Of a stretch of DNA of 58,140 bases, positions 40,401 to 49,273 are shown piece by piece. Below the pieces are notes generated by a model. The model saw only the letters and a list, made by a program, of their open reading frames with translations, searched no databases and was not told the origin of the DNA. The DNA is from Mycobacterium sp. (GTDB taxonomy: Bacteria > Actinomycetota > Actinomycetes > Mycobacteriales > Mycobacteriaceae), in assembly GCA_032162105.1 (NCBI GenBank), contig JAVRPS010000446.1, one strand, 5' to 3'. The translations under genes and the position numbers were made by a program. Positions within the stretch are counted from its first letter, which is position 1. Every line of letters starts with the position of its first letter.

Positions 40401-40760
40401 CGATTCAAGATCGATGAGGGCGACTATGTCCACGATGTCGAGGACGTTCGTACCGCCCTGGGGGACAGTGACTTCGAGGCAGCCTGGGATCAGGGCGCCG
40501 CGTTGTCGACGGAGGAGGCGCTCGCTTATGCACAGCGTGGGCGTGGGGAACGTAAGCGGCCTGACAGCGGTTGGGAGTCGCTCACGCCAACCGAGCGCGA
40601 CGTCGTGAAGCTGGTCAGCGAAGGCCTGGCCAATGCCGATGTCGCCAAGCGCCTGTTCATCTCGCCGCGAACGGTGCAAACCCATCTCACGCACGTGTAT
40701 GCAAAGCTCGGGTTGACCTCACGCGTGCAACTCGTCCAAGAAGCAGCACGCCACACCTGA
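37476..40760 (+). CDS. Class III cyclase / NB-ARC-type NTPase / TPR / LuxR-HTH regulator (Rv0386-like)
   Basis: LADVEGST, GEGDS, NRTGRL; Walker A GAGGAGKT; VLDNCEH; GVPLAIELAA; C-terminal LTPTERDV...SPRTVQTHL LuxR HTH. Confidence 0.92.
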   Translation: MSEIDAVSLVWSDLGVSELVPTGTVTLLLADVEGSTRLWETQPEEMTAAFANLDRALAQVVDAHHGVRPIEQGEGDSFVIAFGRASDAVACALELQRAPLAPIRLRIGLHTGEVQLRDEANYIGPTINRTGRLRDLAHGGQTVLSNTTSGLVDERLPADAWLTDLGAHPIRDLPRPDRVMQLCHPEIRNEFPPLRTSKTTRSHNLPAQLTSFVGRQAEMDELGRSLSDNRFVTLTGAGGAGKTRLAIEVASRLTTEFDDGVCYVELAPITDPALVQVAVARALGLRDEPGRSALDSVARFVDDRRILMVLDNCEHVLDAVADLTTTLLSACAQLSLLTTSREPIGLAGEVIYRVPSLSLDDEAIELFADRARRARPALTLTDENARAIAEICHRLDGVPLAIELAAARVRALSLEEILDGLHDRFRLLTGGSRGAVRRQQTLRASVDWSHALLTEPERVLLRQLAVFMGGFDIVAAEAIAGGDVERHQVIDLITLLVDKSLVNAEYTSGPTRYRLLETVRQYALEKLGESGEADVVRTRHRDHYNAAAAKLDAPRVTDIDRRVDWADGEIDNLRGAFTWSLELSQIDRALELASALHPLWVTKGRFTEGLSWFDTVLNGTGHTLQPALRGLAMADQAALDAYAGAVSLELAQQALAIARDIGDQKLTVRALTACAGQAVYRTDIVQRYLDEGIDLARKSGEGWWLRQLLGWRAFNGNATGDLGVPLMAAEEGCALADAAGDGFHGRIFRLWLALAKTCLGDLAEGNPGLRRVLEDADAAHDPVTRALCLITLSFGLTYQGEFDAARVTAEESIAAGAAIGGYNLDNAYAVLGLAAFAAGDLAEARIACEKALHHQVPEREPLTLSLAPLAEVATACGDPTEARRWADTVVSKTSYWHLMRALGTRARVALAQGEPQQAERDVYDALAMVTDMQAHLMTPDLLETRAVLTARTGGHSEAARLFGAAHAMRLRIGVVRFKIDEGDYVHDVEDVRTALGDSDFEAAWDQGAALSTEEALAYAQRGRGERKRPDSGWESLTPTERDVVKLVSEGLANADVAKRLFISPRTVQTHLTHVYAKLGLTSRVQLVQEAARHT

Positions 40761-40794
40761 ACCCCGCCGACGGGTCGAATGCTTCACCGCACCA

Positions 40795-42099
40795 TCAGGC
40801 TCGCTCGAAAACCACGCTTCCCTCGACGATCGTGGCGGCGACCAGGTCCGCGTCCAGCTCGCGCAGGAGTTCGTCGGGCGGCGCGGCGATCACGCACAGG
40901 TTCCCCGGTTGGCCGGGCGCGACGGTGCGCGGCCTGGCCGGCTGGTGGGGCTCACCGAGGAACATCTCCAGCGCGGTGCGTGCGTCGATGCGTTCGGCCG
41001 GTCCGAGAACCGCACCCGACGCGGTGGTGCGGTGCACGGCGGCCCGCATCGCCGCCCACGGGTCGGCGTCACCGAACGGAAGATCGGTCGACATCACGAC
41101 CTTGACGCCGGCCAGAAACAGCGACGCGACGCGCCACAGTTGGTGGTGCTCATCGGCGGGTACGTCGGCGAGGTACTGGTCGCCGCGCTCGGCGACGAAG
41201 TTCGGCTGCGTTGCGACGGTCACGCCGAGCCGGGCCAGGTCGGACAGGCAGTCGTCGGGCACCACAGCGGCGTGCTCGATGCGGTCCCCCGGTCGGGTAC
41301 CCGCCGAGTCGAGCGCGGCGATGGTGACGACGAGTTGGGCGGCGGTGACGCAATGCAGCGCGACCGGGCCGCCTGCGTCGTGTCGGGCGCCGATCCAGCG
41401 GGTCAACTGGTCCAGGTCGAGGCCGTCGTCGTGCAGGATCCGCTTGCCTGGCGACAGGCACGCCACCTGTTGCAGGAGGTCACCGTGGCGGTGGGCCTCG
41501 GCGAACTTCACCGTGTCCTCGATGCCGAGGTCCGGGGTGGCCTCGGTGACGCCGGTGATGCCGTAGGACGCCAGCCGTCGACTGACCTCCGCCAGCCCCG
41601 TTTCGCGGCGCTGCAGGGAGTTGGACCAGTTCTGGTCGGCGCTGCGGAGCCGTCCGTCGGGGTGGTCCGGCAGCCCGACGCAGGCCAGCCCAGCCGAGTT
41701 CAGCGTCCACAGGACCCCGCTGCGGTGCTGCACGCGCACCGGTACGGCAGGCGCCACGTCGTCCAGCGTCTCGCGGTTCAGCGGCCCGGCGACGGCTTCG
41801 TGGTAACCCACCGCCCTGATCCAGCCGTCCTCGCCGATCACGGCCTCGGCCAGCACGCGGGCGAGGTCATTTCGACCGTGCACCTCCCGCGGCCCGACCG
41901 GTACCGACGTCAAGGCCGCTGCGGCCGAATGCAGGTGGACGTGGTGATCGTGCAAGCCGGGGATGACGGTGTGCTGGCCGGCGTCGAACACCGACTCCCC
42001 CGCGGACGGCGCGAGGTGCTCGGCCACGTCGACGATGCCTTGTTCGGCACGGATGTCGACGACCGCGCCGTCGAGCAGGCGGGCGCGCTGAATCAGCAT
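40795..42099 (-). CDS. Amidohydrolase-3 family metallohydrolase
   Basis: PGLHDHHVH, ALHC, RIEHA, TQPNF, STD. Confidence 0.87.
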   Translation of the reverse strand: MLIQRARLLDGAVVDIRAEQGIVDVAEHLAPSAGESVFDAGQHTVIPGLHDHHVHLHSAAAALTSVPVGPREVHGRNDLARVLAEAVIGEDGWIRAVGYHEAVAGPLNRETLDDVAPAVPVRVQHRSGVLWTLNSAGLACVGLPDHPDGRLRSADQNWSNSLQRRETGLAEVSRRLASYGITGVTEATPDLGIEDTVKFAEAHRHGDLLQQVACLSPGKRILHDDGLDLDQLTRWIGARHDAGGPVALHCVTAAQLVVTIAALDSAGTRPGDRIEHAAVVPDDCLSDLARLGVTVATQPNFVAERGDQYLADVPADEHHQLWRVASLFLAGVKVVMSTDLPFGDADPWAAMRAAVHRTTASGAVLGPAERIDARTALEMFLGEPHQPARPRTVAPGQPGNLCVIAAPPDELLRELDADLVAATIVEGSVVFERA

Positions 42100-43286
42100 G
42101 CGGCGTACCGTCTTTCGGTGACCAGTCGGTCCACGCGGGCGGTGTCGGCCCCCAGTTCGGCTGCAGGCGATGCCACCGTCGGCGCAGCGGGTGCTGCGGC
42201 GGCACAATCGCTTTCACTGGGCATCTCGGATTCGGCAGCGTAGTTCGCGGCGACGGCGGCCATGGCGACGTCGATGAGTTCGCCGCCGCCGCGGGCCAGG
42301 CTCTCGGCAACGGCGAGCGCGGCCTGCAATCCGGTGAGGGGGTCGGCGACGGCATCGGCGCAGAACACCGGACCGTCGGCGCTGCGGCCGACCAGCCCGC
42401 CCGCCACCGCGGCGTCGTCGCCGAAGGCCACCAGGTCTCCGCGGTCGCCGTCCGCGCCGTAGCCGGTGATCCGCAGCCAGACCCGCCCGTCGCGGGCGGG
42501 CACGTCGTCGGGCCCGAGGCCGCGGCGGGCCAGCGCCGCCGCGCGCGACGAGGTGATCACCACGTCGGCCGCGGCGAGCAGTGCGCGCAGGCCCGACGGA
42601 TCGCCGAAATCCGCTGCATAGGAAAGCTTTCCGCCGTTCATCCAGTCGAGGAATGGCTTCGGGCCGAGACGGGTTCCGTCGGGCCGCGCCGTGCTCTCGA
42701 CCTTCACCACCGTGGCACCCGCCCACGCCAGAATCCGCGCACACAGCGGCCCGGCCCACATCGACGACATGTCGACCACCAACAGGCCCGACGGTCGACG
42801 GGGCGACGCCGCGGCACCGATCCGCCGCACGACGGGCTGCCCGGGAGACGCCTCACCGAGCACCGCCGCGGGCAAGCCAAGCAATCGGGCCCGTCCGACG
42901 ACCTCGTCGGCCGACCGGCCTGCGGCCCAGCGTTCGACGGCGGACCACGTGTCATCGGGGGCGATCTGGTGTTCCAACAGGGCTGGCACGGCGTCGACGT
43001 CGTCGGGTCGCGACAGCGTGATGGCGCCCCAGCCGTGACGGGTGGGCAGCAGTCGGGTGGCCCCGCCAGGGGAGACGCGGCCGCCGCGGGACAAGCCGAG
43101 CTGAGCGGCCCGCCCGGACAGCAACACGGCCGCATCCAACTCGACGCCGATCCGGCCGCCGAGGTCGGCGGCGACGGCGCGGGCCCTGGTCAGTACGGCG
43201 GCGCGGGAGAAGTCGGGGGGACCGTCGGGCAGGCCGGTCAGGTAGGCCAGCCCGCTGGCACCCCAGTCCCGCGCCACTGCGTCCAC
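42093..43286 (-). CDS. CoA-transferase family III (CaiB/BaiF-like)
   Basis: VVDMSSMWAGPLC, GATVVKVES, NGGKLS, ITGYG, AFGDDAA. Confidence 0.85.
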   Translation of the reverse strand: MDAVARDWGASGLAYLTGLPDGPPDFSRAAVLTRARAVAADLGGRIGVELDAAVLLSGRAAQLGLSRGGRVSPGGATRLLPTRHGWGAITLSRPDDVDAVPALLEHQIAPDDTWSAVERWAAGRSADEVVGRARLLGLPAAVLGEASPGQPVVRRIGAAASPRRPSGLLVVDMSSMWAGPLCARILAWAGATVVKVESTARPDGTRLGPKPFLDWMNGGKLSYAADFGDPSGLRALLAAADVVITSSRAAALARRGLGPDDVPARDGRVWLRITGYGADGDRGDLVAFGDDAAVAGGLVGRSADGPVFCADAVADPLTGLQAALAVAESLARGGGELIDVAMAAVAANYAAESEMPSESDCAAAAPAAPTVASPAAELGADTARVDRLVTERRYAAC

Positions 43287-43336
43287 GGCACCATTGTGGC
43301 CGGAGCCCGCCCCGGCGGCGACATCGAATCGGGCGC

Positions 43337-44329
43337 TTAGAAATGTAGGGCGGTGAATCTCCAGTCCAGCACCTGCCGATCGGTCTCGTCGACCGCGAAC
43401 ACCAGCGACCGCAACGTCAGCACCGCGCCGCGGCCGCCGGGCAGGGCCGCCGCCTCCTCGACGTGGATCTCGCTGTAGAGCGTGTCACCCTCTTGCACCG
43501 GTCCGGTGTGGTCGCACGATGCCCACCCGAGCACCGTGACGAGGTTCGGCAGCACCCGGGTCACCTGAGCCAATGCCAGCCCGATGGTGTGTCCGCCGTA
43601 CACCAGTCGCTGGCCGCCGACACGCGAATCATGGTGTGTCGCCGCGATGTTGAGTGTCAGGCGGGCCAGTTCGGGCGCGCTGCTGACCACGTCGGCGGTG
43701 CCGTGCAGCACCGAACCGACGATGCCGGGGTCGAAGTGCGGGCCCGGCACCCGGGTACGGAAGGCGTCGGCATCCCAGGCTTCGGTCGGATCCGGCGCCG
43801 TGGGCGCATCGGCGCCGATCGCCGACAGGTCGTCGTCGTGGCCCGTGTCGGCACCATCACGCAAGGGCAGCATCGCGCAACGGTGGAAGTCGAGTACCAG
43901 GCGGTCGGCCTGGTCGATGGTCGTCATCCGCAGCGCAGCCAGGCCGGTTGGCGCGCGTCCCGGTTTGGCCGAGTTCTGCTTCAGGCCAACGACCTCCGTC
44001 CGGGTGTACAGGGTGTCGCCGAGTACCGGGAACCGGTGAAATTGCAGGCCGCGGTAGAACAGGTTGGCCTTGACGCGCCGGGTGGCCAGCGTGCTCTGAC
44101 CGATCGCGACATCACACACCAGGGCGGGGTGCGCCAGCGCGGCAGGCGCTCCGGTGACGGCGTGGGTCAGGGTCTGGTCGAGGGGCAGGCGCATGCGGTC
44201 GCCGAGGATCGACTGGTGCACCGCAGCGGCACCGTCGCTCAGCGTCATCGACGGCGCCCAGCCGAATACCTGGCCGACGTGCAATTCGTCGAAGTGGGGG
44301 CCACCCGAAATATGGCCGGACAAAGTCAC
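43337..44329 (-). CDS. Double-hotdog MaoC-family hydratase (Rv0216-like)
   Basis: GGPHFDEL, DVAIGQST, NIAATHHD, VYGGHTIG. Divergent from fadE3. Start estimated. Confidence 0.85.
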   Translation of the reverse strand: MTLSGHISGGPHFDELHVGQVFGWAPSMTLSDGAAAVHQSILGDRMRLPLDQTLTHAVTGAPAALAHPALVCDVAIGQSTLATRRVKANLFYRGLQFHRFPVLGDTLYTRTEVVGLKQNSAKPGRAPTGLAALRMTTIDQADRLVLDFHRCAMLPLRDGADTGHDDDLSAIGADAPTAPDPTEAWDADAFRTRVPGPHFDPGIVGSVLHGTADVVSSAPELARLTLNIAATHHDSRVGGQRLVYGGHTIGLALAQVTRVLPNLVTVLGWASCDHTGPVQEGDTLYSEIHVEEAAALPGGRGAVLTLRSLVFAVDETDRQVLDWRFTALHF

Positions 44330-44389
44330 AGCATCACATGCTGGCAGCCTCTTGATCTGTGTGTCAATATGGCCGTACATTTGGGACCA

Positions 44390-45541
44390 ATGAACACAAT
44401 CAGCGACGAAGAAGCCATGCTGGTGGAGACCGTGCGGGCGTTCGTCGACCGCGACGTGCGCCCGACGGTGCGCGAGGTCGAGCACGCCAACGAATACCCC
44501 GAGGCGTGGATCGAGCAGATGAAGCGGATCGGGATCTTCGGTCTGGCGGTCGGTGAGGAGTACGGCGGGGCGCCGGTGTCCACCCGCTGCTACGTGCTGG
44601 TCACCCAGGAGTTGGCCCGCGGCTGGATGAGCCTGGCAGGCGCGATGGGCGGGCACACCGTCGTCGCCAAGCTGATCGGTCTGTTCGGCACCGAGGAGCA
44701 GAAGCTGCGCTACCTGCCGGGGATGGCCTCCGGCGAGATCCGCGCAACGATGGCGCTCACCGAACCCGGCGGCGGGTCGGACCTGCAGAACATGACGACG
44801 ACCGCCCGACGCGACGGCGAGGATCTGATCGTCAACGGCGCCAAGACGTGGATCTCCAACGCCAGGCGCTCGGGCCTGATCGCCCTGCTGTGCAAGACCG
44901 ACCCCGACGCCGTGCCCAAGCACAAGGGCATCTCGGTGGTACTAGTCGAGCACGGCGACGGGTTGACCGTCTCACGGGATCTGCCCAAGCTCGGCTACAA
45001 GGGCGTGGAGAGCTGTGAGCTGTCATTCGACGACTACCGCGTCCCCGCTGCCGCGATTCTCGGCGGCTCAGCCGGCACGGGCTTCGCCCAGATGATGAAG
45101 GGCCTCGAGACCGGCCGCATCCAGGTGGCATCGCGCGCGCTCGGGGTGGCGACGGCGGCCCTGGACGATGCCCTGGCCTACGCCCAGCAGCGGGAGAGCT
45201 TCGGCCAGCCGATCTGGAAGCACCAGGCCATCGGCCACTACCTGGCCGACATGGCCACCAAGCTCACCGCTGCCCGTCAGCTGACGCTGTACGCGGCCGA
45301 CCGCTACGACAGCGGCGAGCGCGCCGACATGGAGGCCGGGATGGCCAAGCTGTTCGCCTCCGAGACCGCTATGGAGATTGCACTCAACGCCGTCCGCATC
45401 CACGGCGGGTACGGCTACTCCACCGAGTACGACGTGGAACGGTACTTCCGTGACGCGCCGCTGATGATCGTCGGCGAGGGCACCAACGAGATCCAGCGCA
45501 ACGTCATCGCCGCGCAGCTGGTATCCCGTGGCGGGATCTGA
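44390..45541 (+). CDS. fadE3: Acyl-CoA dehydrogenase FadE3-like
   Basis: MALTEPGGGSD, NGAKTWISN, KLGYKG, GEGTNEIQR. Synteny with Rv0215c. Confidence 0.85.
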   Translation: MNTISDEEAMLVETVRAFVDRDVRPTVREVEHANEYPEAWIEQMKRIGIFGLAVGEEYGGAPVSTRCYVLVTQELARGWMSLAGAMGGHTVVAKLIGLFGTEEQKLRYLPGMASGEIRATMALTEPGGGSDLQNMTTTARRDGEDLIVNGAKTWISNARRSGLIALLCKTDPDAVPKHKGISVVLVEHGDGLTVSRDLPKLGYKGVESCELSFDDYRVPAAAILGGSAGTGFAQMMKGLETGRIQVASRALGVATAALDDALAYAQQRESFGQPIWKHQAIGHYLADMATKLTAARQLTLYAADRYDSGERADMEAGMAKLFASETAMEIALNAVRIHGGYGYSTEYDVERYFRDAPLMIVGEGTNEIQRNVIAAQLVSRGGI

Positions 45542-45545
45542 GGCC

Positions 45546-46274
45546 ATGCGATCTGCTCCGGCGTATCAGACACTGCGCCAACAGCTTCGGGACGAGATCG
45601 CCGCCGGACTGTATCGCGACGGGGCGCGGTTGCCCACCGAGTCCGAACTCGTCGCCCGCCACGGCCTGTCCCGGCAAACGGTCCGCCGCGCCTTTCAGGA
45701 CCTGGTCGCCGAGGGCGTGGTGTACCGGGTGCCAGGGCGCGGCACGTACGCCAGTGAGTCGAGTAGCCGCTACCTACGCCAGCTCGGCTCGATCGAGGAC
45801 CTGATGAGCCTGTCCGACGACACCACCATGGAGGTGCTGTCGGGTCTGGGCCGCCGGGTCGACGTCGACGCAGCGAGCCGGTTGCGCCTGGTCGATGACG
45901 TCGTCTACACGGTGGTGTTCCGGCGGTGTCACGATGGGGTGCCGTTCGTGCTGACCCGGGTGCACCTGCCGGAGTCGGTGGCCAGGCGTGTCCTCGACGC
46001 TCCCGAGATGGCCGACGGCGCAGTCAGCACCACCACCGTCATCGGTCTGACGGAACCACATTTGAGCGCGCCGATCGTCGAAGCGGCACAGTCGATCACG
46101 GTCGGGGAGGCCGATGGCGAGGTGGCCGACGCGGTGGGTTGCGCGCCGGGTCATCCGATGTTGCGGGTCGACCGGCTGTACGCGGACGCGACGGGCACCC
46201 CGGTCGAGTTGGCGGTCAGCCACTTCCTGCCCGAGCAGTACACCTACCGGGTGACGCTGCGCCGCTCCAGTTAG
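45546..46274 (+). CDS. GntR-family (HutC/UTRA) regulator
   Basis: RLPTESEL..SRQTVRRA..GRGTY winged HTH plus a UTRA domain. Confidence 0.92.
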   Translation: MRSAPAYQTLRQQLRDEIAAGLYRDGARLPTESELVARHGLSRQTVRRAFQDLVAEGVVYRVPGRGTYASESSSRYLRQLGSIEDLMSLSDDTTMEVLSGLGRRVDVDAASRLRLVDDVVYTVVFRRCHDGVPFVLTRVHLPESVARRVLDAPEMADGAVSTTTVIGLTEPHLSAPIVEAAQSITVGEADGEVADAVGCAPGHPMLRVDRLYADATGTPVELAVSHFLPEQYTYRVTLRRSS

Positions 46275-46569
46275 TCCGGGTACGAGGACCAGGTGCGCAC
46301 CGAGGGCTCCAGACCGAGCGCGGTCAGCCAACGGGACTCCCCCGCCTCGACGATTTCCTCGGCCCTGGCGCACAGCACCTCACCGAGATCTGCTGCGGCG
46401 TCGACGCCCAGCGCCGCCCGCAGATCGGCGACCTCCACCGACACCGAGTACTCGTACTCCGAGGTGCCGGACCAGCCGCCGGGTCCACACCGTTGAAGGT
46501 CAGTCCCTCGTCATCGAACTCCAGCCGGACACTGAGGGTGTCGGTCTTCCAGAACGGTCGGCTGTGCAC
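46271..46569 (-). pseudogene. Frameshifted small hypothetical gene (about 99 aa if repaired)
   Basis: MHSRPFWKTDTLSVRLEFDDEGLTFNGVD, a frame break at 46481-46482, then GGWSGTSEYEYSVSV...GESRWLTALGLEPSVRTWSSYPD-TAA with strongly GC3-biased codons. Confidence 0.65.
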
Positions 46570-46703
46570 CCCACGATGATGACAGGACCGGTGTCGATCT
46601 CGCGCGCCACAGAACTCGACGGCGGGTCATCGACTGCAGTGAGGGTCGTGAAATTCGCGCGATCACGACCCTGTGCGCAGTCTCAACGCCCAAGAAGCGG
46701 CGG

Positions 46704-47594
46704 CTAGGTCACCTCGTCCACCAGTCCCCAATCCAGCGCAGTGGCGGCGTCGATGGTCTGCCCTGACAGAACGAGATACGCGGTGCGCCAGCGGCCGATC
46801 CGCCGAGTAATGCTCACCGTTCCGCCCGCGCCAGGGATCAGGCCGAGCGCCAGTTCGGGCAGCCCCAGTGTGGCGCCGGGCCGGCATGTCACGTGTCCGC
46901 AGAACGCCGCCATCTCCAGTCCGCTGCCCAGCACCTGACCGTGGACCTCGGCGCGGCAAGCAGGCCCGAGCCGGGCGGTGATCTCGTCGAGAACCAATGC
47001 CGGGCTGTGCCGGGTGCGGGCAAGGTGTGCGGTGGCCGGGTCGGCGAAAGTGCCGAACTCCGCGAGATCGCCTCCGCTGCAGAAGGACTCGCCGTTGCCG
47101 GTGAGCACCATCCGGGTCACGGACGGGTCGAGCCGGGCGACCTCGAGCGCCTCGAGCAATGCCGCCCGCGCGTCAGTGGAGAACGCGTTGTGGCGTCTCG
47201 GTCGATTGAACCGCACCCGCAGCACGTCGCCGTCCCGTTCGGCCTGAACGGGATCGGGGATCTCGGGCATGGTCGCAGGACCCCGTTCGGCCAGCCACCG
47301 GGCGAATTCCGGTCCGGACTGCAACGTCGAGTAGGCCAACGACTCGGTGACGACCCCGGCGAAGGCAGGCGCCGCGACGTCCACGGAGCGCAGCACGTCG
47401 TCGCACACCGCTGCCGCCTGCGGCCACCGCTCGCATCGACCGGTGAGCTCGGCCAGTGCGTGCAGAATCGATGGGACGGTCACGGAGCGGCGGTCGTCGC
47501 ACTCCCGCTCGGTCAACGTGAAAGTCGCTTCGTCGAAGGGCGATTCGACGGCGACGACGATACCGCCCGCGAGCTCGACGGCGTGCGGGGTCAT
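46704..47594 (-). CDS. Enoyl-CoA hydratase/isomerase family
   Basis: FNRPRRHNA, FCSGGDL, GSGLE, LPELALGLIPGAGGT. Confidence 0.88.
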   Translation of the reverse strand: MTPHAVELAGGIVVAVESPFDEATFTLTERECDDRRSVTVPSILHALAELTGRCERWPQAAAVCDDVLRSVDVAAPAFAGVVTESLAYSTLQSGPEFARWLAERGPATMPEIPDPVQAERDGDVLRVRFNRPRRHNAFSTDARAALLEALEVARLDPSVTRMVLTGNGESFCSGGDLAEFGTFADPATAHLARTRHSPALVLDEITARLGPACRAEVHGQVLGSGLEMAAFCGHVTCRPGATLGLPELALGLIPGAGGTVSITRRIGRWRTAYLVLSGQTIDAATALDWGLVDEVT

Positions 47595-47597
47595 CGG

Positions 47598-49124
47598 TCA
47601 GCCGACCGGTTGGGAGTACTTCTCGATCAGGGTCTGCTTGAAGAGCTTGCCGGTGTCGGTGCGCGGAAGTTCCGCCTCGAACGAGATCGATCGCGGACAC
47701 TTGTAGTGCGCCAGCCGATCCCGCAGCCACACCAGTAGCTCGTCGGCGAACGCATCGGTGGCGTCGGCGGGGTCGACGGTCTGCACCACGCCCTTCACGC
47801 TCTGACCCATCTCGTCATGGGGGACGCCGAACACCGCTGCGTCCATCACCTTCGGGTGGGTGACGAGGATGTTCTCCGCCTCCTGCGGATAGATGTTCAC
47901 CCCGCCTGAGATGATCATGTGATGGCGCCGGTCGGTGAGGTAGAGGTAGCCGTCCTCGTCGAGATATCCGATGTCGCCCACCGTCTTCCAGCCCTTGGGA
48001 TGCGTTGACGATGCGGTCTTCTCCGGGTCGTTGAGGTACTCGAACGACTGACCACCCTCGAAGTAGATCTCACCCGCCTGTCCCGGTGGCAGATCGTTGC
48101 CGTCCTCGTCGACGATGTGCAGCGCACCCATCATGGGCTTGCCCACCGATCCTGGGTGGGTCAGCCAGTCCTCAGCCGTGATCAGCGTCGACCCATGAGC
48201 TTCGGAGGACGCGTAATACTCGTCGATGATCGGACCCCACCAGTCGATCATCTGCTTCTTGATCTCGACCGGACACGGGGCGGCGGCATGCATGACGCGC
48301 TCCAGGCTGGAGACGTCGTACGAGTTCCGCACGGCCTCCGGCAGTTTCAGCATTCGGGTGAACATCACCGGGACGAACTGACCGTGGGTGACGCGGTACT
48401 TCTGAATGGCCTCCAAGGCGCCTTCGGCGTCGAACTTCTCCAGGATGACGGTGGTGAGGCCACCGGCCTGCGTCTGCATCGACCACACAGAAGGCGCGGT
48501 GTGATAAAGCGGTGCGGGGCTCAGGTAGACGGTCCCCGGCCGCATCCAGAACCCGACCAGCGCGGCCATCATGCCTGGCACCTCGGAGGGCGGCAGGTGC
48601 GACAGCTCGCGCTTGATGCCCTTCGGCCGTCCGGTGGTACCTGACGAATACTGCAGCAGGTCACCCTCGATCTCGTCGGCGATCGGGGTATCAGGCTGAT
48701 CGGCAACGCATTCCGGGTGACGCTGCCAACCTTCCAGGTCGCCGTCGGCGATGAGGAGCACCCCGGGCAGCCCGTTGGGCAGTTCGGCTCCGAGGCCGGC
48801 CAGCGTCTCCCGCAGGGCGACCGAGCCGATGACGGCCTTCGCATTGCTGTTGTCGATGATGTACGCGGCCTCGGCGGAGGTGAGGTGCGTGTTGATCGGG
48901 ACGTAGTAGAGCCCGCTGCGCCGCGCCGCCCACATGACGGCGTGGATGTGCTCGTTGTTCTCCATCAGGATCGCGACGGCGTCGCCCTCCCGCAGGCCGT
49001 GCGCACGGAAGTAATGAGCCAGTCGGTTGGCCCTGGCCTCCAGGTCATCGAACGTGACGACGGTGCCCGTCGGGTGCAAGATGACAGCTGGCTTCCCGGT
49101 ACCCACGTGCTCGCGAATCTGCAT
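47598..49124 (-). CDS. fadD4: Fatty-acid-CoA ligase FadD4-like
   Basis: YSSGTTGRPKG, YYASSE, GDIGY, SGGVNIYP, TGKL. Synteny with Rv0214. Confidence 0.85.
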   Translation of the reverse strand: MQIREHVGTGKPAVILHPTGTVVTFDDLEARANRLAHYFRAHGLREGDAVAILMENNEHIHAVMWAARRSGLYYVPINTHLTSAEAAYIIDNSNAKAVIGSVALRETLAGLGAELPNGLPGVLLIADGDLEGWQRHPECVADQPDTPIADEIEGDLLQYSSGTTGRPKGIKRELSHLPPSEVPGMMAALVGFWMRPGTVYLSPAPLYHTAPSVWSMQTQAGGLTTVILEKFDAEGALEAIQKYRVTHGQFVPVMFTRMLKLPEAVRNSYDVSSLERVMHAAAPCPVEIKKQMIDWWGPIIDEYYASSEAHGSTLITAEDWLTHPGSVGKPMMGALHIVDEDGNDLPPGQAGEIYFEGGQSFEYLNDPEKTASSTHPKGWKTVGDIGYLDEDGYLYLTDRRHHMIISGGVNIYPQEAENILVTHPKVMDAAVFGVPHDEMGQSVKGVVQTVDPADATDAFADELLVWLRDRLAHYKCPRSISFEAELPRTDTGKLFKQTLIEKYSQPVG

Positions 49125-49149
49125 GTGGAGCACTTTACGACGGCCCAAG

Positions 49150-49163
49150 TTGACAGGTGTCAA
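49150..49163. promoter_or_regulatory. Palindrome TTGACA-GG-TGTCAA, operator candidate
   Basis: Perfect 6-bp arms in the divergent fadD4 / P450 intergenic region. Confidence 0.6.
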
Positions 49164-49273
49164 GTGGGTCCGATCAGCGGCCAGGCGAACTCAGGTAGCC
49201 GACTACTCTAGGCCCCTCATCGCGGTCGCTCGATGCTGATCTGGATAGTTGATCGCCCTGCGAGGAGCCCCCG

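Noticed and set aside
43463-44389. N-terminal extensions of fadE3 and of the MaoC gene in the ORF track
   Set aside because: They are mutual antisense read-through of divergent genes, not fusions.
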